The translations under genes and the position numbers were made by a program. Positions 51,745 to 64,000 of a stretch of DNA of 64,000 nucleotides are shown here, piece after piece. Location of the stretch: positions 208,196,001 to 208,260,000 of the forward strand of contig NC_091473.1 of NCBI RefSeq assembly GCF_036971445.1. The letters run 5' to 3'. The notes under the pieces were generated by a model, which searched no databases, was not told the origin of the DNA, and was given only the letters and a program-made list of their open reading frames with translations. Source of the stretch: Narcine bancroftii. Taxonomy: Eukaryota. The stretch's first letter is position 1; each line of letters opens with the position of its first letter.

Positions 51745-52210
51745 CCATACAGTCCCTTCCAAGTGAGGCAACACTTCATTTGTGAATCTACAAGGGTCAT
51801 CTACTGCATCCAGAGCTCCCATTGTAGTCTCCCCTGCATGAGAGAGACTGGACACAGAATGGGAGATCACTTCGTGGAGCACCTTCACTCTACCACAAAA
51901 GCATGGACCTCTCAGTGGCCACCTATTTCAATTCACCATCCCATTCCCTTGCTGACATGTCTGTCGATGGTCTCATGCACTGCCAGACTGAGACCACGTG
52001 GAAAGTGGAGGAATGACGCTTCCAATACCGTCTGGGCACTCTCCAACTGGATGGCATTAACATTGACTTTTCTGGTTTCCATTAGACGCACCCCACCCTC
52101 TCATCTTTCCCCATTTCTCCTTTTTGTAGCTCTCTCTCTCCCTTTTGTCTCCTTTCACAGAGCCAAAATTCTCACCTTTCTTCTCATCAAATCAAATGAA
52201 CACCTTTTGC
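51745..52210 (+). mobile_element. Penelope-like element fragment (GIY-YIG region); related pieces at about 9470-9840 and 14380-14640
   Basis: ORF 51763: FICESTRVIYCI...ETGHRMGDHFVEH. Confidence 0.65.
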
Positions 52211-52214
52211 CTGT

Positions 52215-52990
52215 TTCCCTCAGTGATGGTCAACAAGCTCCAAATCATGGGCCCCTGAACCCACTCCTGCAACTAAATCCTTAACTTCCCCATTGGAAGA
52301 TCACAGCCCCTCCTCACTGACAATCAACGCAGGCGCACCTCAAGGATACGTGTTTAGCCCACTGCTCTACTCACTCTACACTCATGACTGTGTGGCCAGG
52401 CACAATTCAAATGCGATCTGCAAATTTGCCAATGACACCACAGGTATCAACAGAATCAGAGTGTCAGCATCTCTGAGAATCGGTCCTGGAGCCCTCCACG
52501 CAGATGCAATCATGAAGAAGGTTCGCCACTTTGTGAGGTGTTTGACAAGATTCAGTATGTCTCTCAAAAACTTCACCAGGTGAACCATGGAGAGCATTCT
52601 GGCTGGTTGCGTCACTGCCTGGTACAGAGGTGCCAACTCTCAGGGCAAGAATAAACTCCAGAGGGTTGTTAACTCAGCCTGTGACATCACAGGCACCAGA
52701 CTTCACTCCATCTCCATCGAGGACATCTCCATGAGTCGGTGTCTTAATAATGCAGCCTCTTTCCTCTTCCCATCAGGGAAGAAGGTAAAGGAGCCTAAAA
52801 ACAAGCACTCAATAGTACAAGGAAAGCTTCTTCCCCACTGCCATCAGATTCCAGAATAATCAGTGAACCAAAGACCCTGCCTTACTTTTCGTCCACTCTT
52901 TTGTTTTTATAGCTTAATGTTGTAAGATGGTTATAGAACGTTTACACGATGATTACTACTGAAAAACATTGAATTTCATGACTTGTTCAT
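52215..52990 (+). mobile_element. L2/Rex-Babar-like LINE fragment; more at about 61730-62890
   Basis: ORF 52293: GAPQGYVFSPLLYSLYTHDC...KFANDTT. Confidence 0.7.
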
Positions 52991-54102
52991 GACAATAAAT
53001 TTAGATTTTGATCTTCCTAAGCAGTCCAACGCAATCTTGTGCATGCCTCATTACTTATCTGCAGTCTCAGCGCTTGTCCGTGGGGTCTATTCACCCAGTC
53101 TGACTGCTGTGGGCTCTGTACACCTGACAGTAGTTTATTTTAAAATTTCCAAACAACATTTAAACCTTTAAATGATCATTTGTTATTAAAAGTGTTTAAA
53201 TTCATCCATTGGTCAATAGTAAATGCCAGATTTGAGGTTCGTCTTAGTCAAAGGGAATTGCTCAAGACCAAGATTTTAGATGAAAATTCAAAGGTCGTCC
53301 TGTACAAAGTTCCCAATAAATGATATTTAATTAAATGAATTTTGATCTCCCAGCTGCTATGGTTTGATTTGAACTTGTGTGTCCTGAATTACATCCAGCA
53401 ACTGAAGTATCATGTCGGTATCCCTGCTGGACAACATCACAGAGACCACAACAATATAGTCACATGTTCATCTAGTGCACAGTGGACCCACCCTGCACAC
53501 ACACTCCACCATTCTACACCTTCATTCACTCCACTTCCTCGTGCTCCCTTTCTCTCTCCTACTCCATGCACTCAGCTTCCCTCTGCCTTCCACTTCAAAG
53601 CACACTTTTCCTTTTTGTACCTGGTTCCTTTCCTTCCTTCCTGGTTGATAATACATTTTTCTCCAATGTCCTCGTCTCTCCCTCTTCCTCTCCTCCCTCT
53701 TTCACTCTCCCTTTCTCTTTCTGTCTCTCTCTCTCCCCCTCATGCGCCTACACTTTTGACAACTTCCTTCCATCTTTCACAGCAGCGCGATGTCAGCAGC
53801 CAACATCTGTCACTAAGCAACCAGACTCCCTTCCCCCCTCACAATTCAACCATCTACTAACCCAGGATGTGGAACAAAGGACCTCACCAGGCCACTGGCT
53901 TCTGCTCCTCTTTAGAAGTGCCAGCTCTGAACATCAACTTACCATCTCCGATCCCTCTGCAAGTGCTGCCAGTTCTCCAGTGTATTCTTACAAATACGGC
54001 CTCAAATTCTGTCTCCTGTTTTAGTGTCCATACTTCTCCCCTTTCAGCCATGGATCAGACACTCTGTATAAAGTGGAGCCAACTTGTGAGAACCAAATTC
54101 TG

Positions 54103-56879
54103 CCCTGGAGGGAGGATTTTTTTTTAAATTTTTTATTTTTCACACTATAAACCATATTGATCAAAATACATACATTTTCCTTCTTGAATATATAGTGTCA
54201 TTTTCTCCCCCCTTCCCTCCTCCCCTCCCTCCCTCCCTCCCTCACCTCCCCTCCCATTTATTTAAAGTTCAGAATATAAGATACATTAAACCCATCAAAC
54301 AATGTTGTCACTCAATAAAAATAAACAAGAAATTCCACTGAGTCAGTTCTTTTCATTATCTTCTCCTTCTGTCATTTTAGGTGGTAGATGTCCACGGTAG
54401 GTTTTCTCTATTGTGTTTCATGTATGGCTCCCATATTTGTTCAAATATTGTAATGTTATTTCTTAAATTATAGGTTATTTTTTCTATTCATTTCTTTATA
54501 CCATTGTTGTATTCTCAAGTTATCTTCTAATTTCCAGGTTGACATAATACATTTTTTTGCTACAGCTAGGGCTATCATAACAAATCTTTTTTGTGCTCCT
54601 TCCAAATCGAGTCCAAATTCTTTGTTTCTTATATTACTTAGGAGGAAGATCTCTGGGTTTTTTGGTATATTGCTTTTTGTGATTTTATTTAACATCTGCT
54701 TTAGATCTTCCCAAAATTTTTTCACTTTCTCACATGTCCAAATTGCATGAATTGTTGTTCCCATTACTTTTTTACAGCGAAAACATCTGTCTGATACTGT
54801 TGGGTCCCATTTATTTAACTTTTGAGGTGTAATGTATAGCCTATGTATCCAGTTATATTGTATCATACGTAACCTCGTGTTTATTGTATTTCTCATAATT
54901 CCGGAGCATAACTTCTCCCATTTTTCATTCTTTATCTTTATATTTAGATCTTGTTCCCATTTTTGTTTAGTTTTACCATTTGTTTCCTCGTTCTCCTTTT
55001 CTTGTAGTTTAATATACATATTTGTTATAAATTTTTTGATTATCATTGTGTCTGTAATCACATATTCAAAATTACTTCTCTCTGGTAACCTCAGACTGTC
55101 TCTCAATTTGTCCTTCAAGTAGGATTTCAGCTGGTAGTATGCCAACACTGTATCGCGAGTTATATTATATTTATCCTTCATTTGTTCAAAGGATAATAAT
55201 TTATTTCCTGAAAAACAATTTTCTATTCTTTTGATCCCTTTTTTCTCCCATTCTCTAAAGGAAAGGTTATCTATTGTAAAAGGGATTACCTGATTTTGCG
55301 TCAGTATTAGTTTTGGTAGTTGGTAATTTGTTTTATTCCTTTCTACATGAATCTTCTTCCAAATGTTGAGCAGATGATGCAATACTGGAGAATTCCTACG
55401 TTGTACCAATTTTTCATCCCATTTATATATGTTCAGGTATCTTCTCCCCTATTTTATCTTGTTCTAATCTAGTCCAATCTGGCTTTTCCCTTGTTTGATA
55501 AAAATCTGCTAGGTATCTTAATTGTGCGGCTCTATAATAATTTTTAAAGTTTGGTAGTTGTAAGCCTCCTTGTTTATACCATTCTGTTAATTTATCTAGT
55601 ACTATCCTCGGTTTCCCCCCTTTCCATAAAAATTTCCTTATTATTTTCTTTAACTCCTTGAAGAATTTCTCTGTTAAGCGTATTGGTAATGTCTGAAATA
55701 GGTATTGTATCCTTGGGAAACCACAACAAAGCAGCAAGAGGAAAACATAGAATATAATGAGAACAAGAAAGAAGAGAGTAAAAAGAAATCAAAGAAACAA
55801 CAGATGACCAACTCAGAGGAAGAAGACCAGCATCAAGACACTTCTAGTAAAAATAAGAAGACCAAAAATACCCAACAAAATAAAACAAACAAACCAAACA
55901 AGAAAACCAGAAGAGACAGAGGTAAAGGACACAGATCCTGGAGTGGACTCAGAAGAAGAAAAGGAAGAACACAGAGAAATGGAAGATGAAGGGAAGGGCA
56001 AGTACATGGATATTTTTTTTAAAGAATATATGGAATCAGTAAAAGAATGGCAATCACAAGAATTCAGTGAAATAAAAAGAGTAAAAAGTACAAAAAAAAA
56101 ATGAATAGATTAGAGATGATCATCTCAGATATAGGAAAAAGAGTGGATAAGGTGGAAGAACGAGAAACAGCCATAGAAATGGAAGTAGTTGACTTAAAAA
56201 AGAAATTAGAAGAATCTGATAAAAAAGTTAAAGAGACACAAGAGCTGTTAGCTCAGAAGATAGATATAATGGAAAATTATAATAGAAGAAACAATGTAAC
56301 GATAGTGGGCCTTAAGGAAGATGAAGAAGGCAAGAATATGAGAGAATTTATAAAAGAATGGATACCCAGGGTCCTAGGAAGACCAGAATTACAGGAAGAA
56401 ATGGAAATAGAAAGGGCACACAGAACATTAGCCCCTCAACCACAACAAAAACCAAGATCCATTCTAGTAAAATTCCTAAGATATACAACAAGAGAAAATA
56501 TATTGGAGAAAGCAATGAGGAAAATAAGAGAAGACAAAAAACCACTGGAATACAAAGGTCAAAAAATTTTTTTCTATCCAGATATAAGTTTTGAACTCCT
56601 GAAGAAGAGGAAGGAGTTTAATACAGCAAAAACGATCCTATGGAAAAAAGGATATAAATTTATGCTAAAGTATCCAGCGGTACTTAAAATAGTTATTCCA
56701 GGGCAGCAAAACAGGCTATTCTTGGATCCGGAGGAAGCACGAAAATTTGTAGAACAATTACAAAACAGACAGAGAGATGAAGACATGTAATGAGAACAAA
56801 AATGACCACGAACTATATGTATGAGTTTCCCCGACCGGCCACTACTCCATCACGTGACTCCTCCCCTGGAGGGAGGATT
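54103..56879 (-). mobile_element. Rearranged L1/Tx1-like insertion with polyA tail, ORF2 3' end (-), inverted ORF1 (+) and a 16-bp TSD
   Basis: TSD ccctggagggaggatt at 54103-54118 and 56864-56879, with a T-run after the left copy. ORFs 54468..55737 (-) are the ORF2 C-terminus and ORF 56101..56790 (+) is ORF1. Confidence 0.9.
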
Positions 56880-57829
56880 GAGGCAGCAAACTGGAGGGTA
56901 AAGAAAAGAAAGAGAGAGAGAGGACAGGTTGGGAAAAAAGCAAAAAGTGCAGATGAGGGAATGAGCCTGAAGGACAGGGAGAGAAGGGGAAAGGAAGCAG
57001 AAGTGCTGTTGGAAATGTCTCAGTCACCCTGAAAGCCTATATATGAATCAGCCATATTCCTCACGAACTTGCTGTACAGATTTGGGGTTATGGGATTGGG
57101 TGCAATCCCCAAATTCTGATCTCAGCCCGACATTAAATGATTGGTGTGGGAATCAGAATTATCCCTTTAGCTCCTGGGCATGGGTGTGGAGGAGGAAGGG
57201 TTGCCTAAATGACTGATCACACCTGGCTTGAGGCATTCTCTCATTCATGGGACACGACCTCCTGTTCCCAAGATTTTCCTGAGACATAAGATTGGAAATT
57301 AACCATAATATCTGATCTTGAGATATTTCTCAGTCTTGCATTTTATTCTGCAGTATCATCTGCAGGGGCATGTTTCCCATTATCCTCTTCTGATACATAC
57401 TTCCTGGTATCTTCTTGAGGGGTGTATTCCATAGTATCTTTTGCTGGGATGTATTCCCCAGTATTTTCTGCAGAAATGTACTTCCCAGGGTCTAATCCAT
57501 GGTTACATTCTTCCAATCTATGTTCCTGAGATGTATCCCAAATCTGGTCTCAATTGTTTTCACCCAAGGCTCCCACAACACCCAGGGTATTACCTTCTGA
57601 ACCTACCTCCAACCCAGGGAATGGCCAGTCTACACTCCAGGGAATTGATTCATCCCCCTCCTGCCCTGATATGTCCAGCCCAAAGCACCCACCCCCATCA
57701 GTATCCAGTACTGCACCTCTGGGTGACAATACCCAAAGGATGACCTGCTCCCCACCCCACTGACCTGAGTTTTACTGCTCCCCCATAGCCCTCCGCTCCC
57801 CAACACATATCCCTATCACTGTAACCACC

Positions 57830-58620
57830 CCCCCACCCACCAAGGACAACATACCCCTCCCTGCCTCTGTAACTGCCTACAGTCCCCAACACCCCTCCCT
57901 GTCTCTGTAACCCCCCCCCCACAATCCCCATACTTCCCCCCCCATGACTCTGTAATCTCTTATGGTCCCCACACCCCTCCCTGTCTTTGTAACCCTCTCC
58001 GATCCTATACATCCCTTCCTATCTCAGTAAACCCCTCCAGTCCTCACACCCCTCCGTCTCTGTAACCCACTCAGCATCACCCACACCTCTCCCTGTTTCT
58101 GTAACCCACTCAGCATCACCCACACCTCTCCCTGTTTCTGTAACCCACTCAGCATCACCCACACCACCTTGTCTCAATAACTCCCTCATCACACACGCCC
58201 CTCCCTGTCTCTGTAACTCCCTCAGCATCAACACCCCTCCATCTCTATAACCCTCGCCACATCACCTACACCCCTCCCTCTCTCTGTAACTCCCTCCGCA
58301 TCACCCACACCCCTTCTTGTCTCTTTCACCCCCTCAAAATCACCCACACCCCTCTTTGTCTCTGTAACTCCCTCATCACCCACACCCCTCCCTGTCTCTG
58401 TAACCCCCTCCAAATCACCCCTCCATCTCTGTAACCCCTTCCACATCACCCCTCCCTGTCTCTGTAACCCCCTCCACATCACCACTCCTTGTCTCTGTAA
58501 CCCCCTCCACATCACTGCTCCTTGTCTCTGTAACCCCCTCCACATCACCTGCACCCCTCCCTGTCTCTGTAACCCCCTCCACATCACCTACACCCCTCCC
58601 TGTCTCTGTAACCACTTCAC
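57830..58620. repeat. C-rich tandem repeat
   Basis: Units like ccctgtctctgtaaccccctccacatcacc. Confidence 0.9.
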
Positions 58621-59261
58621 CTCCCATCCTCACACCTGCTGCTAAGCCGTCAATCTCTACAAAGATGTCACCCCGGACCCTGGAAGGACACAAGTGCCAG
58701 ATGAAGGAAAGAGTCTTTATTGATTTTTGTGTTACAGCCACCATCAACAGTGATATGGAGTTCCACCCCACATTCTACCCTCTCACTCCATCCCCTTTAC
58801 CTCCTGATCTCTGACCCCCTGATCTCTCAACTTGACCTGACTTTTGCCACAACTCTCAGGCTTCCACCTCTCCTGACCTTGAACAAAAGATCCTGCACCT
58901 GCTGACCTTTCACATTGCATGACCCCCGACTCAACCTTGACCCTGCACTGTTTTGAAGCTTCGGGAATGTGGGCTGCCATTTTGCTCAGAATAGCCTCAA
59001 TTACCCTGCTGACCTTTTGGGTCACCTAACCCCACCAACATCGTCCTTGGCACAGAGTGAGAGCACGGGGATCTGGAATCACCCAGGGAACTCAACGACG
59101 CAATGGTTGCAACCACCAACCCACACCCGTGAACCCTGTTGGCCCCTACCCACTGACCTCAGCTGTGAGGGCAGGACACCTTCAAGGCAGCCCCTAGCTA
59201 GGGGAAGCAGTAGCAGTAGCCGTTGACCCTCACACCCTGGCCCTTGACCCCAGCAGCGAGA

Positions 59262-59671
59262 TTAGGACACCAGGTCCTTCAAGGCAGCCGCCAGCTGGGG
59301 GAAGTGGTAGCGGTAGCCACTCTCCAGAGTGCGCTGAGGTACCACCCACTGCCCCTCGAGCAGCATGCTTGCCCTCTGGGGCCCTAGCAGAGCTTGGAGT
59401 ACACCCCCGGGCACCGGGAGCAGAGCAGGCCGTCCCAGGCATCTGGCCAGTGTGCCCACAAATTCCGCATTGGTGCTGAGGCAGGGTGCCACACCATTCA
59501 GGATTCCGTGCACTGTGCTGCCCTCCATAGCGTGCAGGAGGATACCAGACAGATCATCCACATGGATCCAGGGGAAGGGCTGGCGGCCCGATCCAAGAGA
59601 ACCGCCTAGGCCCAGCCGGAAGGGCCACAGCATCCACTTCAGGGCTCCTCCATTCTTGCCCAGAACCACAC
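59262..59671 (-). CDS. SDR39U1: SDR39U1 epimerase-family protein, last exon
   Basis: GVVLGKNGGAL...PFRLGLGG.LGSGRQPFPWIHVDDL...NGVAP...LLEGQ.VVPQRTLESGY. AATAAA on the - strand at 58716-58721. Confidence 0.92.
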
Positions 59672-59965
59672 CTGAGGGCAGAGGGAAGAGTCAGTCAGGC
59701 TTACCACAAGGGTCAGACAGAGGGAGGGGCCTAATTCGGGGGTAAGAGGGAGGTGTCTGAGGGTAGCGACAGACCCATGCCAGAATACAGAGGGGGCCGG
59801 ATCAATTCCGAACGGTGATAGAGAGCGGGAGACCCTGCATGGGAGGGGGAAGACAATCTCATAGCGGGGGCAAAGAGGGGGATGGACAGACTTTCAGCAG
59901 GGGATGGAAAGGGCAGTCTGACTCCTGGAGAGGACCAACTTCTCCCAGCAGAGTGGGGTACTCAC

Positions 59966-60118
59966 CTGAACGCACCACCACCTGCCGCACAGATCGCCCT
60001 GTCTCCTCGGGCAGACGAGCAGCTCCCTCCCAGTCTCTGACCAACCTCGACATGAATTCAAAGTCTCCCCCCGCACTCTCCTCATTGTATTCCTGGGAGA
60101 GACTGGGTCGGTAATATC
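59966..60118 (-). CDS. SDR39U1: SDR39U1 internal exon
   Basis: GYYRPSLSQEYNEESAGGDFEFMSRLVRDWE...QVVVRSG. AG/GT boundaries, 153 nt. Confidence 0.92.
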
Positions 60119-60289
60119 CTGAGGGAGGGTGGGTAAAGGGAGGGAAGGANNNNNNNNNNNNNNNNNNNNNNNNNNNNNNNNNNNNNNNNNNNNNNNNNNN
60201 NNNNNNNNNNNNNNNNNNNNNNNNNNNNNNNNNNNNNNNNNNNNNNNNNNNNNNNNNNNNNNNNNNNNNNNNNNNNNNNNNNNNGGTGG

Positions 60290-60800
60290 GTGGGAGGGGT
60301 GGCGGCATCAGTGGAGGAGGGGGTGTTCCAAATCGTTGGGGGGGCATTTACCAACAGGTCAGTGAGGGAGGGAGCGATGTCTATCAGATGGGGAGGGGGC
60401 ATTTACCGACGGGTTAGTGGGGGAGAGGGTGTTTACATATCGGTGGAGGAGGGGTTTACTGATCAGTGGGGAACGGGGCATTAACTGACAGATCAGTGGG
60501 GGATGGGGTGTTAGCCATCGTTGGGCTTGGGGGCATTTACTGACGGGTCAGTGGGGGAGGGGGTGTTACCAATAAGTCAGTAGAGAAGGGACATTGTCGA
60601 TCGGTGGGGGAGGGGCTGTTTACCAATCGGTCAGTGGTGGAGGGGGCATTACCTCTTGGTGAGGGAGGGGGTGTTTACCAATCAGTCAGTGGTGGAGGGG
60701 GCGTTACCAATCGGTCAGTGGGGGAGGGGTGTTAATGATCAGTCAGCGGGGGAGGGGTGTTAATGATCGATCAATAGGGGAGGGGGATGTTTAACAACAC
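60290..60800. repeat. G-rich intronic tandem repeat
   Basis: Units like gtcagtgggggaggggtgtttacc. Confidence 0.85.
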
Positions 60801-60826
60801 CAGTCAATGGGGGTGGGGGTTTTTAC

Positions 60827-60948
60827 CAACTCCAGTCAGCAGCACCCATGCATGTGGAGGGCTCCTGGCCCTGATGATTGCGTCCCTCAGGGTCCTGGTC
60901 GTCTCCAACCGGCTGGACTGTACCTCCGCCTCATATTCAGCATCCCAC
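60827..60948 (-). CDS. SDR39U1: SDR39U1 internal exon; upstream exons not found in the window
   Basis: (R)WDAEYEAEVQSSRLETTRTLRDAIIRARSPPHAWVLLTGV. AG/GT boundaries, 122 nt. Confidence 0.9.
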
Positions 60949-62892
60949 CTGGGGGGAGTGGAGCAATGAGGCAAACGCAGGCTCATTCCTCCAGCAACAC
61001 AACTCAGTCTCCAGTGCATTCAGACCCAAAACTGTCCCCACTTGCAGTTCCATCACAGATTGACTCAACACTGACCTTCACAGCACAGGCCTATCGCAGT
61101 TTCTTGCGTGCAGGGCCTGTGCAGGCTCACGAAAAACTGTCATCAATGTACATAGCCCCACCACTGACCCCAACATACAGGTTCTGCACAGACTGACCCA
61201 ACACCATCCTCAACCTACACAGACCCAGTATCCACAGAACCAGCGTCGTTGCCAGTGTGCAGATCCTGTGCAATGCGACCCAACACCATTCTCGACATGC
61301 ACAGACCCGCCACTATACCCAGGGCACGTCCTGCGCAGACCAACCCAACAGTAACCATGACGTGTGCAGATCTAGCACTTCCCCAGCATGTAGGTCATGC
61401 GTAGACCAATCCAACACCATTCATGACATGCACAATCCCAGCATACACAGACCCAACACGGTTCACAATGTGCACAGAGTCAGCACACCAGTTTGGCACA
61501 GATCAACCCAACATCATTCACGAGGCACACAGACCCATCACCATTCCCGGTGCACCAGTCCTACTGACAGATCCAATACCATCAGTGATACATGCAAGCC
61601 TAGTGCAAATAGACCCACCACCATCCTCAATGCACAGGACCTGCGCAGACCAACCCAATAGTATCCACAATGCACGCAGACTCAGCATACGTAGACTAAC
61701 ACGTCCCTGATGCGCTCACACATTCTCCAGTCAGCACAGATACCCCTCCCCACCTTCACATCACTGCCAAAACTCACCCCTTATTACACTCCCTCTGCAC
61801 CCACATGCCAAATCCACCTACAAATTAGTTGATGGCACAGATGTAGGCTGATCATAAATACCTGTGAGATGGAACATAGAAAGCAGCTTGAGCGTCTCCC
61901 TTCAACATCAGCAAGACAAAGGAAGCTGATCATCGAACCCACACCACTGTCTGCATTAATAGTGCTCATTTGGAGACAGCAGATAGCCCAAAATTCCTGG
62001 GAGTGAACCTTTCCTGTGACCTCATTGGGACCAACCTCACTCACACAATATTCCAGAAAGCACACCAATGACTCTACTTCCTTGGAAGACTGAAGAAGTT
62101 CTGCTGGTAACTCGTTACTCAACTACCATCGAGATCTTCCTTGCTGGCTACATCAAAGCCTGATATGGATAGCAGCTCTGTCCAAGATCAAACAATGCTA
62201 CAAACTGTGGTGAATGCAGCTCAGATGACATCTCCCTCACCTCCATTGACTCCATCACATCTCTCACTTCCTAGACAAGGCACCCACAAGGCACTGAAGG
62301 ACCAATCACACCCTGACTCTCTTCTCCCTATGCCCATTGGGGAGAAGGCTCAGGAGTGAAAAATCCTCCCCCCTTCTCCCAACAGCCATCAGGATTCCTA
62401 GGCACTGCAGAGGACGGAAAGATTGAGTTGGTTTATAGAGAGGTTTATCAAATATTGATAAACAACTCGCGCGTCTACGAGAACAAAGGAGGTGATTGAG
62501 ATGAAGGTCGGCCATTCTCCATTACACATAAATGGTTCCATCATGAAGCAAGTGGAGAGCACATAAACCCTTGGTGCACATGACCTATCCTGGACCCACA
62601 ATACCACCTCCTTACTCAGAAAGATGTACCAATGCCTACATTTCAAGGAGGTTGAAGAGGGCAAGGCCACAGGCCCCCATCTTGACAAGGTTCTACAGGA
62701 GCACAATTGAGAATGCTGAGTATTGTAGCTATAAAGGGTACAGTGGATCATCAAATCTGCCAAGAAGATCACTGGGCGCCCCTTTTCCTCCACTGACAAT
62801 ATTCATAAGGAGCTTAAATAGGACTCAAAAAATAATCGAGAATCCTTTCCATCCAGCTCACAGTATCCTTGACCCACTACCATCAGGAAGGA

Positions 62893-63112
62893 ACAGAATA
62901 CTATCACCAATGTATATTTGTATATATTTGCTTATAGCTGTTGTGATTGGCTGAGAACCGTAGCCACGCCTACTGGCAGGTCATAAAGGTCTGCTCCTAA
63001 CCAGACCCAGGTCAGTCTGGACTGGTCGATCTTGCTGTAATGCGCTCCAGTCTTTTGCTGATTAAAGCCTTGGTTTGAGTTAACAAGTCTTTGAGTCATT
63101 CGACGCGTTGCA
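62893..63112 (+). mobile_element. LTR of the same Gypsy family as 26953-29160
   Basis: Reverse-complement match to those LTRs (gtcagtctggactggtcga, ctgctcctaaccagacc). Ends in ...gttgca. Confidence 0.8.
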
Positions 63113-63369
63113 AACAGGAGAAACAGTTTATTCCCAAAAGCTGTGCCCTTTAGTTCAAAATGATTCGAGTGCCAAAATATTTTCTTTTGTATTTGAGAAA
63201 GATAATCAAAGGTTGATTTATTACTTATTATTGCAATTTAAAATAAATTTAGCAGTTTCAAGTTTTGTGCTTTTCATTTTTTTCTACAAAACATTCGTTT
63301 TTGAAAATAGAAGTTGACAATTTTATTTTAGGGGATGCAAGTAGCTGGGACAAAATAGTCTGCCACTGG

Positions 63370-64000
63370 CCTTGCCCACCCCCTTCCCCAGCTCTATTCT
63401 CCAAACCCTGCCCTCTCCCCCACACCCCAACTCTCTCTGATACCAAAACCTCCTCTCCCCTTCTACTCATCCTCCCCACCCTTCCCCACAGTATCCCCTC
63501 TCACTACCCTCCCCGAACTCTCTCCTACACCCCACCCATCGCTTCTTCCCTCCCCCGTCGCCTAAACTGTCCCCTCCTCTCCCACATCATACTTTCCTCT
63601 CCGTGTTCCCCAGCCTCCCCTTCTCTCCCCCCACCCTTCTTCCTTCCGCCTACCTCCACTCATCTCCCTCCTCTTCCTATCCCCACCCCTCTACCCACTT
63701 CCTTCCCCATCCTTCTACCCTTCCATTCCCTCCACACTCCTCTCCCCTTCCCTGTCCTTCCCCCTCCCTACTCCTCTCCCCTTCCCTAACGCTCCCTCCC
63801 CACTTCTCTCCCCTTCTCCCCTTCCCACACCTCTCCTCTTCCCCTACCCATTTACCTCCCTCCTCAACCCCCCTCATGCAACCCCTCCTCTCCCTCCAGT
63901 ACTCCCTCCCCCTTCACCCCACTCTTTTTATCTTCCTTTCCCCTTCTTCACTCCACTCCCACCCTCTTCCCTCACCCCTCTCCCCACCACGCCTCACTTG
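63370..64000. repeat. Pyrimidine (C/T)-rich low-complexity tract
   Basis: Almost G-free on the + strand. Confidence 0.9.

Noticed and set aside
56101-56790. 229-aa ORF as a host gene (L1TD1-like)
   Set aside because: It lies within a TSD-flanked LINE insertion and matches the LINE ORF1 at 1-800.
57830-58620. Second switch-like region
   Set aside because: It is C-skewed but poor in WGCW, and lies outside the Ig transcription unit just 3' of SDR39U1.

Overview
Eukaryotic genomic DNA from a cartilaginous fish (shark, skate or ray), with three N gaps. The + strand carries one apparently intact IgW (IgD-lineage) heavy-chain minilocus. Its parts, in order: leader, VH (23-RSS), a single D (12/12-RSS), JH (23-RSS), a 7-kb J-C intron, CH1-CH6 with the long secretory tailpiece, and a Cys-rich short-form tail exon after CH2. 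About 12.5 kb past the terminal secretory exon lie a second intact but diverged CH3'-CH4' pair, a decayed CH5' and TM1/TM2. The most notable observations are: (1) the CH3'/CH4' cassette can apparently only be used by the membrane form; (2) a candidate Pro/Ser/Thr- and Cys-rich terminal exon right after CH1 would give a V-CH1-only secreted chain; (3) a 1.5-kb strand-skewed, WGCW-dense, switch-like repeat sits in the J-C intron; (4) the single 12/12 D could be a germline-fused D1-D2; (5) an in-frame alternative TM2 acceptor exists. The three 3' exons of SDR39U1 lie tail-to-tail on the - strand. The rest is CR1, L1/Tx1, L2-like, Penelope, Gypsy, hAT and V-SINE debris and tandem repeats. Exon boundaries were read by hand from the sequence, and identities are hand counts.
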